Below, piece after piece: positions 44,901 through 55,300 of a stretch of 64,000 bases of DNA. The stretch is from sequence record NC_048674.1; one strand, written 5' to 3'. The position numbers were made by a program, and so were the translations under genes. Each line of letters starts with the position of its first letter. Position 1 is the first letter of the stretch. A model generated the notes under the pieces. The model saw only the letters and a list, made by a program, of their open reading frames with translations. It did not search any database and was not told the origin of the DNA.

Positions 44901-47740
44901 GATTCCATGATGGATCTTGACAACTATATTCGAAATCACGTTAAAGAAGTTGATGTGATTCGCCAACTGGTGTACCATAAGAAAGAACGTAAAATCTCTC
45001 TCGTTGGTTACAACGAGTTCAAAATCGAGGGTTAATGATGAAGATTGGTTACTGTCACTACAGCACGTTCATGAGTCAATGGACGGTTTGGATCGGCGAA
45101 AGTGGTGAATTTAAAGACGCAATTAGGTACAATCCTGATGATTGTGTTGTCGACCACAAAGCAGGTACAATCGAGATAAACAACGATGGTGTTATCTCGA
45201 ATTGGGAATTCAACCCAAACTCTCCTATTGGAGATACCGTTTATAAAGCATTTGTTCGTGAAGAAAAAGAATATATTGTAGGTCGCGAATATACCAAGGT
45301 ATGGATTACCTCAGAAATGAGTATTACGATCCCAACCGAATTCCTTAAACGAACTAAATTCCGTTCTCAGGAATGGTTCATCAAGGAATACAAACGGTAT
45401 ATCGGTAGCAAATACCCAAGTGATATCAAGACGATTACCAGTAGCGTCATTGATATGATGATTCGCCATCACCTGTATCGTCATCGGGGTTTGGAGGATT
45501 GTCAGACCATCCCAACAGTATACAAAACAGTTGATATCCTCAAAGAAGCATTAGGTTCCATCAATTTCACTATGGAAGATGTATTTGTATGAAACAATAT
45601 TCGTGGAATCAAGGGGTTACATTCATCCCACTGGAATTTGACGATCAAGCATATCTGATTGATAATTTCCAGCTAATGATCGATATGTTGACAGAACATC
45701 TGGAAAAGAATCCGGACCCTGTTCATCGTCACTGGTTAGATTGCTTAGAAGTACGATATAAAAATATTTGCAAACAATCGCAATTAGAGCGTTGACATCC
45801 AGTCGTATTCTGATAATATAGGTCTTGTCGAAACGGGGAGTGTTCCCCTTAAGGAGAGAGAAATGAAAAAGTTCAATTACGCTGTGTCTATCAAGGTTCT
45901 GGGTTCTACCAATATGAAAGATTTCTTAGTGGAAGCAGTAAGCTTGAAACTTGCATATATCACCGTGTTAAATTATCTCGAATCTCAGGGGATCACTCAC
46001 AGTCCAGACTTTTCAATGAACACCGTTGGTCGCGTTGGTTCTAGTCAAGTTGAAAGTCTGGTACAATCTGGTTTCACCATCGTTAAATAAGAGGATAACA
46101 CTATGACTCATATCACTATGCAACAACTCCGCGAACTCATTATGGGTATTCAGTCCGAACTGGTAATGGTAAATGCCAAGGTTGTTACTGGTATTAGCTC
46201 CAACTTCACTTTTTCCCAAACCGCCAACGACATGAAAGAATTGATGAACAACTTGGGGCCTTGTGAATCACGCAACTACGTAGAGAAGGCCACAATCGAG
46301 TTCAAGAACTGTCACGATGTATGTGCGGCTCATGACGGAGAGATTACTGAAGAGTTCAGTATCTATATGGATCTGGTTGTTGCCAATCTTCGGGCTGCTT
46401 ACATCAACCTCGGAAAATAATTTAAAAAGTTGTTGATCGGTATTCCGGCCTATGAGATACTAACTGTGTCGGGAAATGGTTCCCAAAGGAGATTAAGATG
46501 GATAACGTATTGCTTGCTCTGCATGATGTTAAAGGTTTCAAGCATATTGATCTGACTCAATTTGAGGACAAGATCGTTGTTGTTCTTGAATCTGGTGTCG
46601 AAATGGTGTATGAAAGCTATTACGATGAAGATTTTGAGGGTGATGTACATTGCTACTATGACAAAGTGACTGGTGGTGGTGTTGAATCCTTTGACTTTCA
46701 AGATGTTCTGGATTACGAGGTCTGATATGAAAAAGAAAATCATTGATGATATCAATAGTGCAATCGATATTTTCGAAAACGAATCTCGGTTCAAAGGTAC
46801 TAATGATTGTATTGGTGTGACGATTTTCTCTTTGAATGGCGGCCCTTATTTCGAACACCATACATTTGCTTTTCAGGCTTTAGTACGGGCAAGTGAAGTT
46901 TTCAATAAGTACCAGATCGCAACAGAAAACGAATTTTTTAATGTTCAAGATGTGGATGTACGACAAGCGTACTTTGATGTAATCGTTTCTGAACTAAAAT
47001 TGGCTAAAACTTTTGTAGAAAAGTACTTGATCGAATAATCACGTTATGAGATACTATCCCTGTTGAGACGAGACACCAATTAGGAGAATGACTATGATGA
47101 ATCAAATCGAAGTAATGGTTGCTGAAATGATGGCCTTCTCAGAAGAAGTATACTTCAACAAGGTTATCCCTGATATGAAAGAACGTTTCGATGAGGAACA
47201 TGTTGAGTCTTTCGTTAGTCAAAACCTGAATCGCAATTCTTACTCCATCATGAAAGGTCGTAAGTTTGCCCGAATCGTCCGTCACGACTTTGGACGTGAG
47301 GATACTACCGGTTCCGTTGTCTGGTTTGTTAACATGGAAAACGGTAATATCCACAAGGCAAACGGTTGGGCTTCTGCATCCAAATATGTTCGTGGTAACG
47401 TGAGCAACTGGAAAGACGCTATGCATGTTGGTTCTCGCTCCGGTATCTACGGTTTCATCGCGATTCGCTAAGAGGAAAAATTATGATTATTAGTCTGAAT
47501 ATGCATGAGTTTTATGAACTTTACCCGTGTTATCAAGAGTGGGTTTGTAATGAATCCCCTTCCCAATATTCTATCAATGCGGTTTATAATCGTATGATGC
47601 ATAAGAAATCTCTAAACGTTATGGAAGCTCAGGAAGTTATGGCGTTTATTGCTTGGGTTGAAAACAACTCTTGCAAAGAAGATCTAGAAATCCTCAAATC
47701 AACTATCCAATATATGAAAGGTGTATTAAATGCTGCTTGA
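41907..47740 (+). other. Run of small hypothetical early ORFs
   Basis: 41907-42183, 42187-42372, 42438-42682, 42691-43011, 43004-43360, 43511-43735, 43738-44163 (two-TM membrane protein, SWHYRL...SLCPYFW), 44239-44655, 44652-45035, 45035-45592, 45589-45795, 45863-46090, 46103-46420, 46498-46725, 46727-47038, 47088-47471, 47483-47740. Confidence 0.65.
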
Positions 47741-48209
47741 ACAAATTAAGAAAGACCAAATTAAAGCCCGTAAATCAGAAGACCGTTCTACCCATCACGG
47801 GAAAGTTCGTATCAACGCTCTAACAACCCTAATTGGTGAAGCAAGTCCTTCCGGTAATCAGGTAGTAACTGACGAACAAGTCCAATCGGTTATTCGCAAA
47901 TTCGTTAAAAACATTGACGAAGCAGTTACCGAGATCCGCAAAAGGGTTGTATCCGTATCAAACGATATGACTAATCAAGAAGTGATGGATATTCTTAAAA
48001 CTGATATCAAATTCACGGACTTGATGATCGAACGTGAACTGCTGAGTTCCTATCTTCCGAAGGTGTTTGGTGAAGAACATATCAAAGAGGTACTTAGTCA
48101 GCTCGTTGGTGGTTCTAACATCGGTCAAGTCATGGGCGCTTGTAAGAAAGCAGCTTCTGCCAAAGGTCTTTTGTTTGATGGTGCCCTTGTCAAAAAGGTA
48201 CTGGGTTAG
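47730..48209 (+). CDS. GatB/YqeY domain protein
   Basis: LLEQIKKDQIKARK...ALTTLIGE...VTDEQVQSVIRKFVK...IERELLSSYLPK...GQVMG...K. Confidence 0.8.
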   Translation: MLLEQIKKDQIKARKSEDRSTHHGKVRINALTTLIGEASPSGNQVVTDEQVQSVIRKFVKNIDEAVTEIRKRVVSVSNDMTNQEVMDILKTDIKFTDLMIERELLSSYLPKVFGEEHIKEVLSQLVGGSNIGQVMGACKKAASAKGLLFDGALVKKVLG

Positions 48210-48237
48210 TATCATATGAAATCAAATTATAGATTTC

Positions 48238-48312
48238 CTATAAGTATTTATATAGAAGATCTATAATTAGAACGAGTGAAACGAGTACGGCGTAGCCGGT
48301 TCGCTAAAGCTC
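48238..48312. repeat. Copy 2 of 34-bp AT-rich box plus mini-hairpin cluster (cluster inverted)
   Basis: 48238-48271 is identical to 6317-6350. The reverse complement of 48272-48312 shares the skeleton gagc-x-gcgaaccg-x-cgtactc-x-tcgt with 6351-6390. Confidence 0.9.
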
Positions 48313-48319
48313 ACCAATC

Positions 48320-48388
48320 TGTCTAGAATCAATTCCTCGTTATCTCATACAATGTTATTGTATTCTCCATAGGAATTGATTCTAGACA
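48320..48388. repeat. Perfect 18-bp inverted repeat
   Basis: tgtctagaatcaattcct (48320-48337) / aggaattgattctagaca (48371-48388), with an inner atacaat/attgtat hairpin. Confidence 0.9.
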
Positions 48389-48407
48389 CCATACACGAGG
48401 TTTAATC

Positions 48408-48844
48408 ATGGTTTCTATAGAGAGTTTCGTAAACATTAAGAAAAGTGAAGGCTATAAGGAAGTAATACCGTTTGTGTCTGGTTATACAAGCCTTCAATTA
48501 AAGGTTAAAGACTGGGTATATTCCTTTCATGTGAATCACGATACCAAAGACGTCGAATATCGTGTTGTTACCCCATATGAAACCAAAGGGTTCATCATTT
48601 ATAATTTGGATCATGTACTGGTTCGAGACGGAAAATTTTTTCGGGTGGGTGAATGAGATATCAACCATACGATGAGGATGAAGGCCCTAGGCTGATGGAT
48701 ACTCACGACCGTTATGGCAATAAAAGAGATATACCAGAAGAAATGTATCACCCGGAATCAATGATGACCACTCCCACCGGTTGGTTTATTAAAATATTGG
48801 GTCTTGGTATTGTCTTGTTTTTAATTTTTAATATGGTGAAATAA
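48408..48844 (+). CDS. Two hypothetical ORFs (48408-48656 and 48653-48844, the latter with a C-terminal TM helix)
   Basis: RBS and coupled overlaps. Confidence 0.55.
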
Positions 48845-49248
48845 TGAAAAAGAATTTAACTACAAAGGAGCTTGTCAAGTCTGGTGCGGTTGTTGTTGGT
48901 AACTTTGATGGTATCAACCTTAACGAAACTGGTGATGTAACGAAAGAGGGGTTTTACTTCATTTCTGCCCCCGCTAGTTCTGTTGTTTATATGACTCATG
49001 TTGGAAATCAACAGCGAAAACGTGGTTTTGGTGAAACCATGATCCGACTTCGAAAACCACGTACCGGACAGGCTAAAGATGTTCATGATTATCTGATGAC
49101 AGGAAAAACCGTAAAACTATATTTCCTTAAATATAGCCAAGCCCGACACCTCCTTGGGATTGAAGAATACGGACAGATGAATAATGGTCATGAGTTGACT
49201 GGCAAGATCCGAAACAAATTTATCATCCATGGTCGAATGGTAAGTTAG
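48844..49248 (+). CDS. ndd: Nucleoid disruption protein Ndd
   Basis: LTTKELVKSGAVVVG...KEGFYFI...HVGNQQRKRGF resembles T4 Ndd. Adjacent to gene 52 as in T4. Confidence 0.75.
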   Translation: MKKNLTTKELVKSGAVVVGNFDGINLNETGDVTKEGFYFISAPASSVVYMTHVGNQQRKRGFGETMIRLRKPRTGQAKDVHDYLMTGKTVKLYFLKYSQARHLLGIEEYGQMNNGHELTGKIRNKFIIHGRMVS

Positions 49249-49251
49249 AAC

Positions 49252-49302
49252 AAAGCCCGTCTTTTGATGGGCTTTACAGTTTATATTCATATGTGGTATG
49301 AT
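49252..49302 (+). promoter_or_regulatory. Terminator hairpin overlapping the promoter for gene 52
   Basis: aaagcccgtc/gatgggcttt stem. TTTACA...gtggTATGAT. Confidence 0.65.
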
Positions 49303-49331
49303 ACATAAAATAAATTAAAATAAGGAATGAT

Positions 49332-50678
49332 ATGAAATTCGTAGATCGTACTATTTCAAGTTATATTCATAATGAAGCAAAAGAATATACATTTTATACC
49401 ATCGTCAACCGGGCATTACCTTCCATGGTAGATGGGTTCAAACCATCTCAGCGTTTTGTTTTGTACTCCACAATCAAAAACGCAAGTAAGGACTTCAAGA
49501 AATCCGCATTTCTTTGTGGTGTTATCTCCGACTATGGATATCCCCATGGCGAAGCGAGCGGGTATGCTGTTCTTGCTGGCATGGCAACTGAATACGCAAA
49601 CAACTTCCCAGTTATCAAGGGTCGCGGTAACTTTGGTTCACGACAGAACCCAGCCGCAGCAGAACCACGTTATATCTTCGGTAAGTTGGATGATAATTTT
49701 GACCTACTTTTTAAAGATTTGGATCTAGTTTTACCAAGTGAGATAGATTCTTATTCTATTCCAAAATTTTATCTCCCAGTCATTCCGTTTGTTCTAATCA
49801 ATGGGGTTCATGGTGTTGCAACTGGTTACGCGACTCATATACTACCACATGACATTCACAGCGTTATTGATGAATGTATTTCTTATGTTAAGACTGGTAA
49901 ATGTAAAGACCCAGAAATCAAGTTCCCTTCTTTTATTGGGAACGTTAATACATCAGGTGAACAATGGACAAACGAAGGGGTTTACGAACTTCAAGGTAAA
50001 ACCAAACTTCTGATCACAGAGATCCCAGTTAGTTTCAATCGAATTAAATATGTAGCGATTTTGAACAATCTTATTGAAAAAGACCAGATTGTTAGTTATG
50101 ATGAGATTGAAGGTGACGGTGATTTTACATTCCGAGTCACTTTGAAACGTGATTTTGATACTTCTCATGAAAATATCATGAAACAGTTCTCTCTATCTGA
50201 GAATATCTATCAGAATATCAACGTAATCGGTCCAAACTCTAACATGGTTACAGGGGATATGGATCTGCGAAAATACGACAATACAAGCCAACTCGTGTGT
50301 GAATTTGTCGATTATCGCATGACTGTCGTTGACCGTCGCATTGAAAATATGATTGAAAATCTGACTATTCTTATCCCGGAATTGAAAGCGAAGGCAGAAT
50401 TTATTCGTCTGGCTCGTGATGGGAAAATCGGTTATAATCAACCGAAGAAATCTATGATCCAACAAGTTAAAACTCTTCTGGACCCAGAGCTTTCGGTTTA
50501 TGCTGATAAGGTGGTTGGTCTTCCAATCTTTAACATGACAGAAGATGAAGTAGAAAAGCTGGTTAAAGAATATGAGCAAGCGGAAAAAGATCTAGCTTAT
50601 TGGAAAAGTACAAACTCAAAAAAAGAATATTTGAAAGATTTAACAACTTTGAAAAATAAATTGAAGGATAGTAAATAA
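49332..50678 (+). CDS. 52: DNA topoisomerase II medium subunit (gp52)
   Basis: RALPSMVDGFKPSQR, YPHGEAS, GNFGSR...AEPRYIF (catalytic Tyr), YLPVIPFVLING..GVATGYATHILPH. Confidence 0.95.
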   Translation: MKFVDRTISSYIHNEAKEYTFYTIVNRALPSMVDGFKPSQRFVLYSTIKNASKDFKKSAFLCGVISDYGYPHGEASGYAVLAGMATEYANNFPVIKGRGNFGSRQNPAAAEPRYIFGKLDDNFDLLFKDLDLVLPSEIDSYSIPKFYLPVIPFVLINGVHGVATGYATHILPHDIHSVIDECISYVKTGKCKDPEIKFPSFIGNVNTSGEQWTNEGVYELQGKTKLLITEIPVSFNRIKYVAILNNLIEKDQIVSYDEIEGDGDFTFRVTLKRDFDTSHENIMKQFSLSENIYQNINVIGPNSNMVTGDMDLRKYDNTSQLVCEFVDYRMTVVDRRIENMIENLTILIPELKAKAEFIRLARDGKIGYNQPKKSMIQQVKTLLDPELSVYADKVVGLPIFNMTEDEVEKLVKEYEQAEKDLAYWKSTNSKKEYLKDLTTLKNKLKDSK

Positions 50679-50679
50679 A

Positions 50680-51586
50680 ATGTCTATAGAAATAAACATT
50701 ATGAGACAGGCAGAAACAGAAACAAACGGGATGTTGCCTGCGCTCATCCCATCATGTATGGGGGCATTGGTAGCAAGTGTACTTGTTGGTTGTGGGTTTG
50801 TGCCGGATGTCAATCTATACATACTGTTATGTGCCATATTTTATGTTCTCCTTGATATTGTGTTCATGGTAGTTGTATGGATTAAGCGCCCCAATTATGG
50901 CAAAGAGTTTAAACATCCATTATCTATGTGTATGCTATACTCATTTTGCGATAATAACGTTGGGAAATACCTTCATATTTATAAAAATACACCAAACTTT
51001 AATCTACGAATTACTATTGCAGGAATAGTAATATACTTTTGTGATTTTGTATTTTATCTTGGTTTATTTGGTGTTCCTGTAATGGTATCATCTTGGTTGT
51101 TCCTCTAAATATAGTTTTGTAAAAAAGGAAAATGAAATGTCTATTGAAACTCGTGTAACAAAAGTAAAACAACGTATTCATGAAGAAACCCAACGGGTTA
51201 AGTCAAATGCGATTGTTACGTGGGGCCTGTTCTTCATGGCAGCAGCCCTTGCATCAATCCCAGCATCCACTATGTATGGCCCTATTATCATTGGCGCTAT
51301 CGTGATGGTGATGTTCCAGTATCTGACCATGATCTCTTATGCTAAAGAACGGGTAGGTTATCTTGGTAAAGCTTATGCTAACCCAATGACACTGATCTAC
51401 ATCGAGAGTGGTATTGATGGGGTTAAAGATCTGGAAGAGTCAATTCGGAAATGGGAAGCAATGACCAACGATGAACGAGAGGCTACCAACAAACGAATCA
51501 ATGCAATCACGGTTGTGGCTCTTTTGGCTCTCATTGCTGCTGTTTCTGGCTTCTTCTGTGGTCTTTTCTGGCTTCTCCCAGTATAA
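50680..51586 (+). CDS. Two membrane proteins (50680-51108, 51137-51586)
   Basis: Several hydrophobic helices in each. CTAAATA at 51105-51111 lies before the second. Confidence 0.65.
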
Positions 51587-51670
51587 ACCACTTGCAAACA
51601 TGTATTGGTTATGAGACTATAACCACATCAAGGGGGTTCGCCCCCTCTTTCATAACATAAGGAATAGAAA

Positions 51671-51781
51671 ATGAATCCAGTAGCTAAACATAATTTCAAT
51701 CGTCCTTCTGTTATGAAGGATAAGAAAGAGAATTCCAAGAAAATTCGTGGTAAAAAGCATAAGAAATCAGAAGGTTGGTGA
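51671..51781 (+). CDS. Small basic peptide (36 aa) MNPVAKHNFNRPSVMKDKK...KKHKKSEGW
   Basis: Own promoter (TTGCAA - 17 nt - GACTAT) and aagga RBS. Too short for the supplied ORF track. Confidence 0.6.
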   Translation: MNPVAKHNFNRPSVMKDKKENSKKIRGKKHKKSEGW

Positions 51782-52019
51782 TTATGATTGATATGACATT
51801 ATTTGGTGGTGGGGTAGTGTCTGGTCTTACAAAAGATGGAAAACCTACCCATATCAACCTTAAAGACCATTCAATGGAAACGGTCAAACTGTCTATCCAA
51901 AAAGATGCGTTTGGGTATGAAGTAAGTATTATTATTTTTCCATGTGGTAGTACTGCAAGATTTATTGGTGATGTTCGAAATCGAACTGATGTGATCCTAA
52001 GAGACAAAGATTATAAAAT

Positions 52020-52292
52020 ATGAAAATTACAAAAGTTGAATTGATGAAAGATATTGTAGCTACCGCATCTATCTTGGCAAAATATGGCTGTGATGACATT
52101 CTAGATACTCAATCTGGGTTTGTAGATTTTCTAAATGAACTAGGGTTTACTACCGTGCGAGGTAAACCATTAACGATTTTTAATTTCAGAGTTATGGTTA
52201 GTAGTCTAACCCCATATCAGAAAAAAGAGATTATAAAAGAATTTGATGCTGGTAGAATTGACCATTTGATTAACTGTATGGTTGACGAATAA
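52020..52292 (+). CDS. asiA: Anti-sigma70 factor AsiA
   Basis: DIVATASILAKY...DIL...FVDFLNELG...FR.MVSSLT..QKKEIIKEF aligns over the full length with T4 AsiA. Confidence 0.88.
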   Translation: MKITKVELMKDIVATASILAKYGCDDILDTQSGFVDFLNELGFTTVRGKPLTIFNFRVMVSSLTPYQKKEIIKEFDAGRIDHLINCMVDE

Positions 52293-52324
52293 AAAAGGGA
52301 TCCNGTGAGGATCCCTTTTGTTTT
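52291..52324. terminator. Bidirectional terminator after asiA
   Basis: A6-gggatcc...ggatccc-T4. Confidence 0.75.
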
Positions 52325-52377
52325 ATNTAAACTGATAATATATCATCAGTTGCTCATTTTATATTTAGGGTACTAAA

Positions 52378-55300
52378 ATGTATACACCACCTTTTAAGAG
52401 TTTTAACATTCCTGTTATAATTGATAATTTGGTTCTCGACCTCCCAGTAAACGAACACAAATATGACAAATTTGCTGTAACTGTAAACAATGATGGTCTG
52501 GTTGAACTTTGGCCCGAATCTTGCGTTTGTGTTGGTATTGTTTACAGTAAACAGTGTGGTTTCTATGTATGTGATGATTACAAAGGGTTTTGTTACGACA
52601 GTGAGATCCCAGTGGGTCGCATTGACCATGAAGACCCCAGTTCACTGGGATATCTAAATTGCATTTGGTTATTTGAACGTCCAGATGATGGGGTAATAAA
52701 TTTTATTTCTAAAAACATATTGACACCAGACGAAGAAAGTGTAGAATAAGGGTTGTAACGTTGATGGAGAGAAGATATGACAACCATTCACTGCAAACCA
52801 GATTATGTTGAGTTCTATCATGGTTCCTGTACTCTTGGTTTGAAAGGTAATATGTTGCTTCCTCCTGAGATGACTGATACAATTTCAGAGAAAGGTCGTA
52901 AGAAAAACTTAGACCGTGTGTTCTTCACTAAAGACCGTGGACTGGCAAAAGTATACGCACGTCGGGCGGCTCGTTCGATTGGTGGAGAACCAACTTTATT
53001 TCGTGTTGTGGCTCCAGTTGATACTGTGTTTATGAGTGAAACCCCCGGTGCTACCGTTTATCATGCCGCTTGGGCTTTTGTTGAACAAATCCCGTTCGGT
53101 AAACTTAGTGATTAAGAGGAAATTATGATGAAATTTGGACTTGATGAAGCTAACCTTGTTGTGAACCACCTGTTTCTTGACCAATCAGATGAAATTTTGG
53201 AAAAGATCCGGGACACTCGAAAGGGTGATATCAAGGATGAACCTTTCAAACTGACTGTCTTGATCAACGGCATCGAGATCGAACATGTCGAATCTTACGA
53301 AAACTTCATGAAATACCAGTATGAAGTTATGGAAAATCGGGTTAAAAAACAATACAACGTAGAAGCATTTGATCAACGGGTGCGAGAAGCGGCAGAACAA
53401 CTTATCAAATCTAAATTTGGCGATTTGATGAACAAAATGTATGATTTCGAAAATTCTGTTGATTTTTGTAATGATGTAATTGAAAAAGAATGGGGTATGT
53501 AATGAAAAAACTTCATGTAGAAAAACAAGTCATGAAAGACGTTGAAGGGGTTGTTGTTGAAGAGGGTAGCGGATTCAACCATAAATCCAAGCGTCTAGTT
53601 GTCTCCGTCATTAACAAAAAGAATGGTGTTGTGTCGCAACTTATTGCGTGTGTTACCGGGTTAACTGTTATTTTAGACCAGTTTAATATTCTTGGTGGTG
53701 TTCGCGTTACAGAGCATCATTCCAGTGGTACTGTTACTTATGTAACTGATGTGTCTGAGTTTGGAATGACTCTGAACGGTGATCTGTTTACAACCAAGAA
53801 AGAGAAAGTAACAGAATTTAAGGAACTGGAAGTCGGTGACCTTCTTACTATTGGTCTTCGTCGAAACAAAAATCCAAAAGATATTTCTGTTTCGTTTATT
53901 GGTCNNGATGGTTCNGCANTNGCAACTGATTACAANGGTAAATCATACTTCATCAANCGAAACGACCNAGANCAACTAAAGTCNCTGAAATTGAAACTNA
54001 TGTAATAAAGTGNTTGACATAACCAANCACACTCTGNTATTCTCTATCTCGTAAACAACAACGAGGAAATGACTATGAAAGAAGGTAGCAACGTACAGAT
54101 CAATAGCAATGTGATGAATGACGAAAGTCAACGTCATTTGTTTGGTGTGGTTGGTGTGGTTTCATACTACAATCCAGAGGTTTGGGTTGAGGTTACTTGG
54201 CCCAATGGTACTATCAGTGCATATGAAGAGAATGAACTGATCTGTCTTGACAAAGAAGAGAAGAAACCATTACCGGAAGTAGTACAACCTGAATCTGGAT
54301 ATGACGTTTCTTTTGTTGAAAAAGTAATCGAGAAAATCAATGATTACCATCGGGATTACCTTGAGCGTCATCCCCACGATTGGGACTGTTGTGGATTTTC
54401 CTCTGTGTATGTTGAATTTGGAAGAAAGAAAAAAGTAAAAGACCTTGTTTTGGGTCTCGGGTTTGAAATTGCGTATAAATCCGGTAAAGAGTCTTTCTTG
54501 NANCCAAAATTNANNATTCCNTATTGNGGTCATCAGTCNTTGACTTACAAAGAGGAAATCATGCAGATNATTTGTNANGAAATNAATNNTGTGGTTGGTG
54601 AAAAAGTTGCATANCGCAGCTCTTACATGGACTAATANAAGGAAAAANAATGAAAGCNTTTGTTTATAAATTNAAAACTCNAAAAGACCGGAAAGAGTTT
54701 ATCGGTCTAGCNAAAATTAATGATTGGATTGTTTCNAATTATCTGGTNGATTATCGTCTGACAGTTAACCAAGATAGCTTGAACNGACTTAANAGCGANG
54801 GTTANATTAGCCGTTTTATTGTTAATGGTGTATTGAAGGTAGACGAATTCAANACNATTGANNNTGACGAATTTNATAAATATTTNNNACTTGATAAAGA
54901 GATTGANNTTGAAGATCTNCCNAANCCTCGTCAGATTAGTGATGAGGAACTAATGGGTGGGGTCTGTAATGAGATTATTCTCAATAAAACACCAGTCGTT
55001 TCTAAGTTCGAGGGGAACAAACCCACATTTTCTGGGGATGTAACTAAACCTTTGAAGAAAAACGACGAAGGTCTTAACATAACAGGTAACCTAAAAATTG
55101 GTAATTGTCAGTTGACACCACTCGATCAAGCAATTTTCAATCTAGTTAACACACAAGGTAAACTTTCTCAAGATATGGAAATCAAAATTTCCATTAAAAA
55201 TGGTAAGGTGACATTCAGTGTATCCAAATGATCAATACCCACGTATGAACTTTGATACCATTTACCGTTTTCGGTCTGTAGAAGCGGCTCAAGAATATCG

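Noticed and set aside
46450-46497. ORFs in the track that begin inside promoter regions (for example 46450, 42395, 31984, 35973, 19338)
   Set aside because: The extensions cross -35/-10 elements. Downstream ATGs with proper RBSs, or another frame, are the likely genes.
2025-46646. Long minus-strand ORFs (for example 2025-2915, 17281-17820, 22550-23524, 43906-44646)
   Set aside because: They are antisense shadows of real + strand genes, with no RBS or promoter and with biased F/I/L-rich composition.
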